From NCBI RefSeq assembly GCF_006345805.1, contig NC_043005.1:43958001-44022000 (forward strand): 64,000 bases of DNA, in the 5' to 3' direction. Origin of the DNA: Octopus sinensis (Eukaryota). The notes under the pieces were generated by a model. That model saw only the letters and a program-made list of their open reading frames with translations, ran no database searches and was not told the DNA's origin. Shown here one piece after another: positions 1 through 12,654 of the stretch. Made by a program: the position numbers and the translations under genes. Position 1 is the stretch's first letter. The number at the start of each line of letters is the position of its first letter.

Positions 1-589
1 ACTTTATCTTTTTTTTTCCTCCACTCTCTCTCTCTCTCTCTATCTCCTTCGGTTACTCCCTCTCTCTCTCTCTCCCCCCCCACCGCCCTTGAGAATCAAA
101 TCCTGTTCTCGTCAGAATTAACAAAATCTGCATTATTCTAGAAAAATGTCTGCAGCAAAAACAGCAATGATAATACGAAGAAGAAGAAGAAGAATTGAAA
201 CAGCGAATGCAATGCAGTATTACTGATACATTGAGAAATATTTCCAAGCGAACAAGGATGAAAAATAAAAATAAACGCCAGAGAAATCTGTATCACTCAA
301 TAATCCTTTTCTCTCCATCATTTACTGGGGGAAACTTAACTCCAAGGTTGTGCAGTGCAAAATGCAGTTTATTTGTATGTTTTTGAAACATTCAGTCTTG
401 CTATAATCTTTGCTAAATTAGAGGGGTTTTTTTTTTTTTGTTTGTTGTTGTTTGTTTTTGTCAATCTTTCAATCTTACTAGCAAATTTCTATTCGGTTCT
501 CTCGTAGAATTGTTGTCTTTAAATAGCTTCAGCTGCTAGACCATGGTACCGAGATAGACAGCTGAATAACTAAAGAATAATCTACAAAG

Positions 590-743
590 TGTGATAAGAA
601 TTTTGCTTCCACGACCACATGCTTTTGGGTTCAGTCTCACAGCGTAGCACCTTGGCCAAGTGTCTTCTGCTATAGCCTTGGATCAACCAAAGGCTTGTGA
701 AGGAATCTGGGAGAGGGAAACTGAAAGAAGTTCATTATATACA

Positions 744-774
<31 letters not shown>

Positions 775-822
775 CTTTGTGATTGTGTTTGTCATCCACC
801 ACCACTTGACAACTGATGTTGC
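590..822 (+). mobile_element. tRNA-derived SINE family A, 5' part with internal (TG)n
   Basis: Matches other copies in the window: accttggccaagtgtcttctgctatagcc...gaaactgaaagaag, then (TG)n, then ttgacaactgatg. Confidence 0.7.
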
Positions 823-921
823 TTTGAACCAGTTAATGCTATAGCCTTGGGTCAACCTGAAGTCTGCAGTAGTTTCATGGAAAGCACCAAAGACAGCAAT
901 GGAGACACAAAGACACACACA

Positions 922-975
<54 letters not shown>

Positions 976-1164
976 GTTAGGAGGGGCATTCAGGCGTTAG
1001 GAAGGGCATCCAGGTGTTAGGAAGGGCATTAGGAATGGCATCCAGCCATAGAAACATTGCCAGATCAGACTGGGCCTGGTGCAGCCTTCTGGCTTCCCAG
1101 ACCCCAGATGAACAGTCCACCCCATGCCAGCATGGAAAGCGACTGCTGAATGATGATGATGATG
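976..1164 (+). mobile_element. Truncated 3' tail of the RTE LINE
   Basis: ttaggaagggcatccag...gccagatcagactgg...catgccagcatggaaagc followed by (GAT)n; same sequence as 58800-58949. Confidence 0.8.
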
Positions 1165-1194
1165 TATATATGTGTGTGTATGTATGTGTTCATG

Positions 1195-1345
1195 AAATGC
1201 TTCTTTCATTTTCCACTTACCAAATCAACTCACAAGGCTTTTGTCAGTCTAAGACTATAAAAGACAACACTTGCCCAATGTGCTGGGTAGTGGGGCTGAA
1301 TCAAAGACCACGTGGTTGGGAACTGAGCTTCTTAACCACCCAACA
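1195..1345 (-). mobile_element. SINE family A, 5' half
   Basis: Reverse complement of the family A head (cttctttca...ccaaatcaactcacaaggcttt...cacttgcccaa). Confidence 0.7.
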
Positions 1346-1629
1346 ACACCTGAACCGATGATAAAGATAATGAGCCATTGACGAAGGAAAATAAACTCTC
1401 TGTTTCATATTAACAAAATCTCTTGATAACGTCATTTCAAACATTGACATGTCAGTAGAAAACTAATGATGTTCAGTTCCATTATCAAAATATCAGAAGC
1501 TTAAATGATATTCCTTTTGAGAAAACAGCATCAGCAAAATATACAGCTGAAACTTAACTCAACCCTCAAACAAACTCCTCCCAACTCTGTTGCCGCTGTT
1601 TAAAACCTGCTGAAGATATTTAGACTCAC

Positions 1630-1659
1630 CTGTTGTTGATTCAGCCACATCACACTTCT
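1630..1659 (-). other. Candidate 30-nt symmetric micro-exon (unverified)
   Basis: Minus strand reads catcattacag|AGAAGTGTGATGTGGCTGAATCAACAACAG|gtgagt: consensus donor, AG acceptor, open phase-1 frame (K C D V A E S T T). Confidence 0.2.
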
Positions 1660-1992
1660 CTGTAATGATGGTGGTGGTGGTGGTGGTGGGGAGTGTGAGG
1701 GGTGTATAAGGACCAGTGGGCCATCATAGCTCTACTAACTCATGATGACACATCACCTCTACTTTTATCTTACAACCACGAGTAAATTTACAACAATACT
1801 GTTTTAATTTTTGCAAATAGCAACATTAAATAATTTTATAAAAATACACATCTACCATATCCACTCGCAAGACTTTGATTGGCCAACGTTTGTAGTAGTA
1901 TTTTCTGTTATTTTGTTACAGCTTATAAAGTTCAGTGCTGAGTGTGTATATTTCCTTTATTGTATGTGTCTGTGTATATAAATATATATATG

Positions 1993-2275
1993 AACCCGCA
2001 TGGCTTAGTGGTTAGGGTGTTGCACTCACGATTGTGAGATCATGGGTTCGATTCCCTGACTGGGTGTTGCATTGTGTTCTTGAGCAGAGCACTTCATTTC
2101 ACGTTGCTCTGCGATCATTTCGACATTTGACATTTGGTACCTGTTACACCTGTACAGGTAATCTCAATCTGATGGAGGGAATGAGCTTATGTGTACACAA
2201 ACATTTGATCACTATAAACAAATCATCTGTGTACTTGTTCAGTAAGAAATTGTTAAACCCTCATATGTCATCTAA
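1993..2275 (+). mobile_element. tRNA-derived SINE family C
   Basis: A-box-like tggcttagtggtt and B-box gggttcgattccc; body shared with 8435-8690, 15315-15545 and 63288-63590. Confidence 0.75.
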
Positions 2276-2315
2276 CAACGGGAGAGTCCATTATATATAT
2301 CTGTATATATATATA

Positions 2316-2413
<98 letters not shown>

Positions 2414-2769
2414 GTGTATATATATATGTATATGTGTATATATGTATATATATATATATGTATATGTGTATATATATATGTATATGTGTATATATGTATA
2501 TATATATATATGTATGTATGTAAGTATGTATGTATACACACACACACATATATATATATGCATGCAATATCAACTCCTACCATCTGAATATTGGAAAAGT
2601 GTTACCTGTATCATAATGATTTGCGCTGAGTATCGAACTGCCAACATCATGACTGCTGCTCAATGCCCTGAGAACACTGTAAATGTTGTAAAACCTGACA
2701 TGAACAGCTGGGACTATGAAGCTGTGACCAACATGAAGGCATTCTGAGTGTGTCCACATGCCAGAATTA

Positions 2770-3195
2770 ATTCAGCAACTGCAGGACAGAGCCTTATGGC
2801 CAATTCAGATGATTATGTGAAGCTACTGCAGATTGTGGTGAAACCCTGACTAGAAGGGGTTGCTACTAGAAGGCTCTATGTATGGCAGTAGGATTCAGCT
2901 CCTTGCCATATCTCCAGAAAGGGTCAGAAACGGTTGGTCAGAAATTTGTACAACTTCACCTGCCCCAATTCCTGGCCTCCTTATTCCTTTGGTTGTAATC
3001 TCATGTAATTACATAGGTAAGGAACTCAGTTAAGAAGACGAAAACCACTCTGCCTTCAATACCAAGGCCAAGCTGGTGGCCAAGATCAAAGAGGTATTCA
3101 AAGACTTTCCCAGGGACACAGTGAATAATGCATGTTCCAGGTTCTAGAGCTGTCTGGAGGCCATGGCAGAAGCTGAGGCTGGCTACATTCAGTAA
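2770..3195 (+). pseudogene. Degraded Tc1/mariner transposase C-terminus, DD37D (maT)-like spacing
   Basis: Translates YVWQ*DSAPCHISRK...SWPPYSFGCNLM*; 37 codons separate the Asp at 2892-2894 from the expected third Asp position (TAA at 3006-3008); ends ...AEAGYIQ*. Confidence 0.7.
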
Positions 3196-3299
3196 AATGT
3201 TTATTGGTAGTTTTGGATATTTTAAAAGGCATTTATTAACAGACAGGGTGTTGTGTTTGCTTTTTCTTTTATGGAAACTGTCATTTTAGCCTGAATGTC

Positions 3300-3835
3300 T
3301 GAGACATGGGCTCTGAATGCAGAGAACATGTAAAAGTTAGAAAGATATGAGGCTAGTATGTTCTGCTCGATGTAAAATGCATGTGTACATTTCAACTGGT
3401 TGATAGTACTTTGGGAGAGAAGTTAGGCATACGAGGAATTGATTGCTGTGTGCATCAGAGAAGATTGCACTAGTTTGGTCATGTGATGCAGGTAGATGCT
3501 GACAGCTCCATAAAGAAAAGCCAATCTCTGACAGAAGATGGAACATGCAGAAGTGGGAAACCCAGGAAGACATAGGGCAAAGTGCTGAAGAATTACCACA
3601 GGATGCTGAACCTTTCAGGTGAGATGACAAAGAACTGAGATGTCTGGCACCTTGCTGTACTCCCACAGCAGAAATGGTAAGGCTGGTTTGCCTGGTGGTG
3701 AGGAATGACTTGCAAGGGTCCTGTGTCAATGCTGTAAAAAGCACTCACGGCAGTACCACATAGAAGTGCTTGGGAAGTGCCACATAAAAGTGGCCATGTG
3801 GTGTCACGTAAAAGTACCTGTGCAGTGCCACCTAA
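3300..3835 (+). mobile_element. Old degraded RTE LINE 3' ORF end plus tail
   Basis: Aligns by eye to 57950-58290 (NEASML...RRLRWYGHV...GRPRKTW region), with stops. Confidence 0.65.
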
Positions 3836-3951
3836 ATATATAGGTAAATAGATAGAGCTTTGAATGTGTGTGTGTGAATATATATCAATGTATATATATG
3901 TATGTATACATAAGCATTTACATATATATGCATATATACATCTATGATTAC

Positions 3952-4003
<52 letters not shown>

Positions 4004-4784
4004 TATATATTTATATATACATATATATAAGTATATATACATATATATATGTCTATATATATATTTGTGTGTGTGTGTGTCTGTGTGTGCATATGTATGC
4101 ATTTGTGTGTATATTTCTATGAGTGTGTTGTGAGTATGCATGTGGTTATGCATTTAGCACTGAGTTTGAGGCATGTCTAAGGCAGAGCAATAAAAATTAC
4201 TCGACTCTTAACAATTGTTTACTAGTTTCACTGACTCCATTGATGAACAAGCAGCATTAAGCACCATGTTATGATTTCAGACTGAATATATAATGACGCA
4301 AGTTCTCTGAACTATTGAAAAACCATGAGTAATAGGAAATGATAGCTTTTTTTTTACTTGTAAGGTAAGGAAATAGCTATTTGATTGGTTAGCAAGACAC
4401 AAACCACTAAGAACATCTTAAGAACAAAGATAATTCCTCAGAAATGTAAAAGTACAAAATTCTGTCACAGAAGAGAAACGAATGGGAGAATGTTTCAATC
4501 TCATGAAGCGTTAGAAACAATGCTTCTAATTATCAAGAAGATCATTTGTTTCTAAAACACTAGAAACTAATAGGTCATAACTTAGGTTTCACACAAAATT
4601 AATTTTGGAAAGGAATTGAGTGTGATGCTAAGTCATTTTTTTTGTTGTTTTTTTTTTTTTTTTTTAGGGATCCGTAATTTTTCAGTAAGGAATTTTCAGT
4701 TGTGGTCATATCTAAACCATATAGTTTGACCCTTTAGTGTTCAGTTCAAGTTACTCTGTCAAATGCAATCTTTTATGTTTTATA

Positions 4785-5205
4785 TTTTACTTGTTTCAGT
4801 CATTTAACTATGGCCATGCTGGGGCACCACCTTGAAGGAATTTAGTCAAACAAATCAACCCCACGACCTATCTGTTTTTTTTTAAAGCCTGGTACTTATA
4901 GTATCAAATATCTTTTTGGTGAACTGCAAAGTTATGGGTACATAAACACAGCAACATCAGTTGTCAAATGGTGGTGGTGGTGAGGGGGAAACACAGACAA
5001 AGATACACACACACACACACATATATATATATAAATATACATACACATATATATGTGTGTGTGTAATGGGCTTCTTTCTGTTTCCATCTACCAAGTCCAC
5101 TCACAAGGTTATAGTAGAAGACACTTTTCCAAGGTACCATGTTGTGGAACTGAACCTGGGACCATATGACTGGGAAGTAAGCTTCTTACCACACACAGTC
5201 ATACC
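4785..5205 (-). mobile_element. SINE family A, near full length
   Basis: Tail (ttttacttgtttcagtcatt...gccatgctggggcaccacc), internal (CA)/(TA) tract and tRNA-like head all present. Confidence 0.8.
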
Positions 5206-5445
5206 TACTTATTTTTTCACATTCAATTAATCATAAATTATCTTGTAGCTTTGAAATTATGGTGTGACTGTTCATGTTCAGAATGACATTGTAGGGTAGT
5301 CTGAATATTTGGGTCAGATATGGCAGTTCTTGATACTAAAATCTCTGTTAAAAATGATTAAATGAAATTTAATTAAAAGTAAGCCTAAACAATATGTAAT
5401 TAATTAAAATTAGACTTATGACGAAAGAAAACTTATCTTTTATTT

Positions 5446-6135
5446 TTTACTTGTTTCAGTTATTGTGCTGCTGTCACGCTGGGGCACCACCATGAAGGTC
5501 TTTTAGTCAAACAAGTCAATGCCAGTATTATTTTTATGCCTCATAGTTATCCTATCAGATTCTTTTTACCAAACCACTAAGTTATGAGGATATAAACAAA
5601 CTAATACCGGTTGTCAAGTAGTGGTGAGAAGCAATCACAAACAGAAAGACACACACACACACACATATATATATATATGAGGAGGATTCACAAAAAGCAA
5701 AAGACGAAGACAGGTGGTGTAGATAACAAACAGATGTATTAGTATAATGCTCAGGAAGTGAAAAAGTCTTTAACATTTCGAGCCTACGTTCTTCCACAGA
5801 AAGGAACACAGAAAGAAACAAGGAGAGAAAATAAAGAATGTGTAGTGGCTAGCAATCTATCATGGCGAATGCCAGACAGAGGGGTCACACAGGAGAGTTA
5901 GTAGGAAGGGGAGATAATAAAATAGTGGTGATCCCAAATCGAAGGTGCGCATGCATGTGTATAAGAGAGTTTGTACACACACACACACACACGCACACAC
6001 ATACATATATAACAGGCTTCTTTCAGTTTCCATCAACCAAATCCACTTATAAGGCTTTAGTGAGCACAGAACTACAGTAGAAGAGATTGAACCTGAAACC
6101 ATGTGTTTGGGAAAGATAATTCTTACCATCACAGT
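5446..6135 (-). mobile_element. SINE family A interrupted in its internal microsatellite by a ~280-bp insert (5680-5955)
   Basis: 3' half at ~5446-5660 and 5' half at ~5975-6135 flank an unrelated segment containing an HHR-like motif. Confidence 0.6.
5768..5804 (-). ncRNA. Degenerate hammerhead-like motif
   Basis: Minus strand: ccttt CTGTGGA a gaac-gtag-gctc GAAA tg tt aaaga. Stem I of 4 bp; core A6 is replaced; stems II and III carry substitutions. Confidence 0.3.
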
Positions 6136-6280
6136 TATGCAATGAAAAAAAGTTGTTAGCTTTAGTAATAATTCTTGTCCAGAATGATAAAGGAAACAAC
6201 TTCAGAATCCAAATTTATTAAAAATTGAATAGAAGTATGCAGTGGGGTGTACGACTGATTGTTGGTAAGTATATTAACAG

Positions 6281-6320
6281 ATTCAGACATGTTTCAGTTT
6301 TATCAGACCACCTCAGTAAA
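6281..6320 (-). ncRNA. Degenerate hammerhead-like motif
   Basis: Minus strand: ttta CTGAGG t ggtc-tgataa-aact GAAA catg TC tgaat. Palindromic stem III ACATGT and GUC triplet, but A9 is missing and stem II is broken. Confidence 0.35.
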
Positions 6321-6519
6321 GAATGGTTTTGTTAGTAAATCCACATTTAATCTTTTCAAATCATAATGAAATGATTGATGAATTAAAATATGAACAATGT
6401 GATTGACATGAAATCGATCATAAAAATCATGTATAGAATGAATTGTGTATAATTGTATTTGGTAAATTGATGCTGGCTAGAAATATATCTGTGTTCTTTC
6501 TTATGGTGCTATTTAAAAT

Positions 6520-6920
6520 GCACTAGTGCTGGTGCCACATAAAAATCACCCATGCTGGTGCCATGTAAAGAGCACTGGTGGTGGTGCCAAATAAAAAGCA
6601 CTAGCGATGGTGCCATGTAAAAAAGCACTGGTGCTGGTGCCACATAAAAAACATTGGTGGTGGTGCCACAAAAAAGTACTGATGCTGGTGCCATGTAAAA
6701 AACACTCGTGCTAGCACCATATAAAAAGCGACCATGCTGGGACCACATAAAAAGCACCCAGTATACTTTGTAAAGTGGTTGGTGTGTGGAAGGGCGTCTA
6801 GCTGTAGAAACCTTGCCAAAACAGACAATGGAACCTGGTGCAGCCCCTGTCAAATTGTACAACCCATGCCAGCATGGAAAACGAACATTAAATGATGATG
6901 ATGATGATGATGATGATGAC
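6520..6920 (+). mobile_element. RTE 3' tail with expanded ~24-bp subrepeat array
   Basis: About ten degenerate tggtgcca(c/t)(a/g)taaaaagcac units followed by the RTE tail and (GAT)n. Confidence 0.75.
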
Positions 6921-7079
6921 TAGATACCATTAAGAGTAGATTGATTTTAAAATTCCATATATGGTGAGGAATCATGTCCATTAAGATATAACAATTGAAG
7001 AGATTGTTGTAGCTAAGAAGTTATATTTCTACACCCAAATAAATTAGACATTGTGTTCTTAGGGGTTAGTATCCCCTAC

Positions 7080-7500
7080 AGGGTTCAGTTGTTGCCACAA
7101 CATAGAGGCATGTATGCCTCAATGATCCTGAGAGCTATGCCAGTAGAGTACAAGTTCCTTGGAGGTGAGGATGCCATGCTAGACAGGTTAATAATTGCAA
7201 AATTATTAATATACTTGGAAGCATATTAATAATTGCAAACGACATACAGTGTTCCTACCAGAATTTAGTAACTCAGTGTTCCTGCCAACAGTAATATGGA
7301 TCACCTTTTCCTTGGAGGTAAAAATTGTTTTGTGTCAGAACAATAACCCCAATCTAGTAAAGGCAAGGTTACAAAGGCCTCAATGATTATTTCAAAACCA
7401 ACAAGAGCTGTGAGAAGAAGGCCTTCCTTGGGAAACAGTGGGACAATGTATGAAACAGGAAGGACAGTACAGTCCAAAGTTGAGAACAGCCAAAAAAAGT
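7080..7500 (+). mobile_element. Possible degraded RTE 5' end (UTR plus APE N-terminus)
   Basis: GTMYETGRTVQ resembles the APE N-terminal RTMYETGK motif; heavily decayed. Confidence 0.35.
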
Positions 7501-7829
7501 TGTCAATGACCTTTGTTCCCTATGGAACAAAGGTCTTAAGTAAATATTGGTTAGTGTCTCACTGACCACTGAAATAGATATTTCCTTATCTAATAAGAAA
7601 AAAAAAGTGTCCTTTCATATTACTCATCGTTTTTTCAGTATTTTGCAGAAGTTTTATCGTTATATATTCAGTTTGAAATCATGGCATGGTATAGGTTTAG
7701 TGTTGTTGGCTCATTAATAAATTCAAACTGGTAATCGCTCATTAATAGTGAATTACGTTAATTAGTCACTCTTAGACATGCCTCAGAATGAATGTCTAAT
7801 GCATGACTATACTCTCATGCACTCTACAC

Positions 7830-8115
7830 ATAAGTTCATCACACACACACACACACACACACACACAACACACACACACACACACACACACAAACTCACA
7901 CACATACACACGTATACACACATAAATGGATGCACACATACACATGCACAAACACATACATAAATACACACATACACATAAATACAGATACACATACATG
8001 CACACACATACACACACATACATATACACATACACATAAATGCGCATGCACACACACATGCACAAATACACACACATACACACACATGCACACACACACG
8101 TGCACACACACACAC
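7830..8115. repeat. Compound (CA)n microsatellite
   Basis: Direct reading. Confidence 0.95.
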
Positions 8116-8434
8116 ATACTTTTACAAAGTTATGAATGCATATGTTTTTCCATAATATATAATGAGTTATCCTGGATTGCGTAGTTAAGTGATTCACTGA
8201 GATTTGTTTCACCTTACATCAGCCCACTCATCTGATAGTCCATACCAGTAGCAATTGTGAGTTAACCATGGCATTATCATTTGGTGAAGAATCTTGTATT
8301 CACATTCACTTAAGTGCCACAGAAACAACCATAGACAGATGCTTTTGGAGACTCAATATAGAGTTTAGCTAAATTCAATTAAGTTATCTCTACAGATTTT
8401 CTATAGAATTTAGAACCAGCATTTAAAATTATGT

Positions 8435-8690
8435 GGAGGCACATGGCTTAGTGGTTAGGGTGTCAGCATCATGATCGTAGGATTGTGGTTTCAATTCCTG
8501 GACCGGGCGAGGCGTTGTGTTCTTGAGCAAAACACTTCATTTCACGCTGCTCCAGTCCACTCAGCTGGCAAAAATGAGTAACGCTGCGATGGACTGGTGT
8601 CCCATCCAGCTGGGGAACACATACGCCATAGAAACCATGAATCCGGGACCATGAGCCTGGCTAGGCATTAAAAAGGGCGCATTTATTTTA
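8435..8690 (+). mobile_element. tRNA-derived SINE family C
   Basis: ggaggcacatggcttagtggttagggtg...gtttcaattcc...cttgagcaaaacacttcatttcac. Confidence 0.75.
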
Positions 8691-8770
8691 TTTAAAATTA
8701 CAGAATTTCATATATGAATACATCTATATATACAATGCAATAAAAAATAGAAAATGCGTCATGAGTGACA

Positions 8771-9136
8771 TGCATATTTCAGGAGTTCTTGCTCCTTCAC
8801 CAGCACTACAGCCAACTCATTAACCATCCACTAACTCATTGCTTAAACAACCATTAAATTTAGCAATGTTAAACAAATGAATATACCAATTTTACATATT
8901 AAGTACATTCCTGGCTGTTGGTATGTACATATCAATTACTGGTAAGGACACCGTATTTCATTATGCAACCATGATATGTATACCAGTTGCTAGGAATGTA
9001 TTTAACATGTAAAATTGGCCTATCCAATTGTGGTACATCACTAAACGTAATGGCTATTTAAGCAATGTGTTTGTGGATGGTTAAGAGTGTTGGAGGCGGT
9101 GCTGAAGAGGGAGAAAGAACTCCTAAAAAATATGCA
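8771..9136. mobile_element. Imperfect fold-back element (MITE-like)
   Basis: Arms of ~165 bp are reverse complements (tgcatatttcaggagttctt... vs ...aagaactcctaaaaaatatgca), with a ~35-bp spacer. Confidence 0.75.
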
Positions 9137-9596
9137 TATACATCCATTATCTATTTTGCTGTCTTTGATCCCGTTGTTTACATAGATGTATTCTTACATG
9201 AAGCACTTTAACTTTCAGCGCTGGATCTAAATTCAATAGACAATCTGTCGAGTTAACTTAAAAAAGTGAATGAATTGCACTGCTAACACAAATAGGACAC
9301 AGTTTTGTCTTATAAACCTTCAATATACTTGAAAGTATATTAATAATTACAAAACAAAATACAGCATCCCTACCAGAATTTAGTAACTCAGTGTTCCTGC
9401 CAACAGTAGTTTCCTTTTTATTCCATCATAATATTTAACTGATATTTAATTGAGCCTGTTTAGAAATTGAATACATTAATTCTGAGCACAATTACAGAAT
9501 AATCAATCACAAGACTAGTTATTGATAATAATAAACTCAGAATAGTTTTATTAATTATACTGTTATTAATTAATTGTGCTTATCTTGGATTGTAGG

Positions 9597-10005
9597 GCAA
9601 CCTGCTGTGCTTGAGGAGACCTATTGAGTCAAGTACATCAACACCAAAATGAAAATCAAATGGAATTTGTAGTTGTTATACCCCTGCCGGTGGCACGTAA
9701 AAAGCACCATCCGAACGTGGCTGATGCCAGCGCCACCTTGACTGGCTTCTGTACCAGTGGCACATAAAAAGCACCAACCAATCGTGGCCATTGCCAGCCT
9801 CCCCTGGCACCTGTGCTGGTGGCATGTAAAAAGCACCCACAACACTCATGGAGTGGTTGGCGTTAGGATGGGCATCCAGCTGTAGAAACACTGCCAGATC
9901 GGACTGGAGCCTGGTGCAGCCTCCTGGCTTCCCAGACTCCGGTCGAACCATCCAACCCATGCTAGCATGGTAAACGGACGTTAAACAATGATGATGATGA
10001 TGATT
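9597..10005 (+). mobile_element. RTE 3' tail copy
   Basis: Near-identical to 58660-58949; ends in (GAT)n. Confidence 0.85.
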
Positions 10006-10059
10006 TATCATGACTCAGCACTTTTTCAAAAAGTGCACATAACCCAACAATCGGTGTCA

Positions 10060-10316
10060 GACATGCTTTATGATCATGAAACACTAAACTCACAACCTAC
10101 AAACTTACCAGATTTAAATCTCATGGACTACTACATTTGAAGCATTGTTGCAAGGGCGACTAATCAAGATATTCACAAAACACCATTGATTCACCAAAAG
10201 CCACTGTTGTCCTGCTGATATTCAGAATAAATAAAGACAGTTTAGTGCAGGCCTGTTGATGATTCCAGTTCTGCATTGAAGCAAACATCAAAACTGAAAG
10301 TGGATTTATAGAATAA
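10060..10316 (+). pseudogene. Second degraded maT-like transposase C-terminus
   Basis: LPDLNLMDYYI* (SPDLNPMDY motif) at 10105-10140; ends IEANIKTESGFIE*. Confidence 0.6.
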
Positions 10317-10579
10317 CATTATAAGAAATCTTATCAAGAACATGTACATAACTTTTTTTTTTATTAAAATTCATTAGGCTTTTACTAGATAAAAGATTGT
10401 TTTATTAGATTACCAAATATATCCTTTAATACTACCTGCACCCTATATACTTTTGCGTGCTGGCTCCTATGTACGAGAATTATGCTGAAATCTAAAGGAG
10501 TCCAGAAAATTTAAGACACAAAACATTAATTTACATTACTTACATTTGACGGATATTTGTCCTCATCTTGTTTGTTGTT

Positions 10580-10620
10580 AACATTTCGGCTGATATACCC
10601 TCCAGCCTTCATCAGGTGTC
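10580..10620 (-). ncRNA. Mirror HHR copy lacking stem III
   Basis: Minus strand: gacac ctgatga a ggctg...cagcc gaaa tgttaac; 5 nt (cgttg) deleted relative to the other arm. Confidence 0.55.
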
Positions 10621-10775
10621 TTGGAGAAATTTCGATCCTGGGTTCCCATTCCTAAGGTATTTTTCGATGTTGTTGTTGTTATTAATATTATGCCATATCC
10701 CTGTGGGCATATGGCACAGTGATTAAGAGCATAGGCTATTAACCCCAAGATTCTGAGTTCGATTCCAGACTGTGA

Positions 10776-10838
<63 letters not shown>

Positions 10839-10896
10839 CAACAACAACATCGAAAAATACCTTAGGAATGAGAACCCAGGTTCAGGATTTCCCCAA

Positions 10897-10942
10897 GACA
10901 CCTGATGAAGGCTGGAGGGTATATCAGTTGAAACGTTGTGTT
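10897..10942 (+). ncRNA. Type I minimal hammerhead ribozyme
   Basis: GACAC-CTGATGA-a-GGCTG(gagggtatat)CAGTT-GAAA-CG-TT-GTGTT; stem I 5 bp; palindromic stem III AACGTT. Confidence 0.7.
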
Positions 10943-11499
10943 AACAACAAACAAGATGAGGACAAATATCCATCAATTGTAAACAATGTAAATAATGTAC
11001 ATAAAAAGTATCTCTTAAATATAGAACTATATTACAAAACATTAAAAGAAAATTAATAATTTGATAAACTGGATGAATTGCTTTTGACAAACTAAATTTA
11101 TCTTTGTTGACAAACTGAGTCATTTACACACCTTGAAAGCAGAAGTTCCTTACATTACCAAACTTGAATTCCTGCAAAGTTGTTATTGTTATTGTCGTTG
11201 TTGTTGTGGTTAACCCTAAATTAACATTGTATCCATGATAAACCTATTATTTATTTGTTCAATTATTATTATTGTTATTGTTGTTGTTGTCATTGTTGTT
11301 ATCTTTATTGCTATTATTATTATTATTATCATTATTATTTTTCCTTTGACTCATGTTATTTTCCGAACTTCTGGAATCTTACATGTTTAGCGATTTTGCT
11401 CCCTGTAGCCTATGATACCATGCTGACTGTTCTTTTCAACAATCTAATACCACTTCTAAGCATTCTATTCCCATTTCCTCTGTATTCATCCTTGTGATT

Positions 11500-11593
11500 A
11501 TTATGACTATTATCATCATCATTATCATCATCATCATCATTATTATTATCATCATCATCATTATTATTATTATTATCATCATTATTATTGTTG

Positions 11594-11645
<52 letters not shown>

Positions 11646-11767
11646 CATTATTATTATTGTTGTTGTTATTATTATTATCATCATTATTATTATTGTTGTT
11701 GTTGTTGTTATTATTATTATCATTATTATTATTGTTATTGTTGTTGTTGTTGTTGTTATTATTATTA

Positions 11768-11852
<85 letters not shown>

Positions 11853-12306
11853 GAGTGAGAGAGCAGCACATACCATCAAAGTGAAGCTGAGGTACAAATA
11901 AATGAAGCCCCTATACCTATCATGACTACCCAAATGATAAGGGTACACCAAGCACATGTATCACAATTGCATGTGTACTACATGACGACCAATGTAATCA
12001 ACTTACTCTCTCCCCCAAATTGCTGGCCTTGTGCTAAAATTTAAAATTATTATTATTATTATTATTATTATTTTATCATCATTATTATTGTTGTTGTTAT
12101 TATTATTATTATTATTATATTATTATTATTATTATTATTATCATTATTATCATTATTATTATTGTTGTTGTTATTATTATTATATCATCATTATTATTAT
12201 TGTTGTTGTGTTGTTATTATTATTATCATTATCATTATTATTATTGTTGTGTTGTTGTTGTTATTATTATTATCATTATTATTATTATTATTATATATTA
12301 TTATTA

Positions 12307-12356
<50 letters not shown>

Positions 12357-12623
12357 GAGTGAGAGAGCAGCACATACCATCAAAGTGAAGCTGAGGTACA
12401 AATAAATGAAGCCCCTATACCTATCATGACTACCCAAATGATAAGGGTACACCAAGCACATGTATCACAATTGCATGTGTACTACATGACGACCAATGTA
12501 ATCAACTTACTCTCTCCCCCAAATTGCTGGCCTTGTGCTAAAATTTAAAATTATTATTATTATTATTATTATTATTTTATCATCATTATTATTGTTGTTG
12601 TTATTATTATTATTATTATTATA

Positions 12624-12654
<31 letters not shown>

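Larger units (their letters stand above)
10529..11030 (+). mobile_element. tRNA-headed, hammerhead-bearing SINE-like element with an inverted partial copy at its 5' side
   Basis: Left arm ~10529-10680 is the reverse complement of ~10832-10993; tRNA-like head with A box 10712-10722 and B box GTTCGATTCC 10757-10766; then (AAT)n and an HHR. Confidence 0.8.

Noticed and set aside
10700-10780. Functional tRNA gene
   Set aside because: No acceptor stem or poly-T terminator; it is a SINE head, as are the other tRNA-like heads in the window
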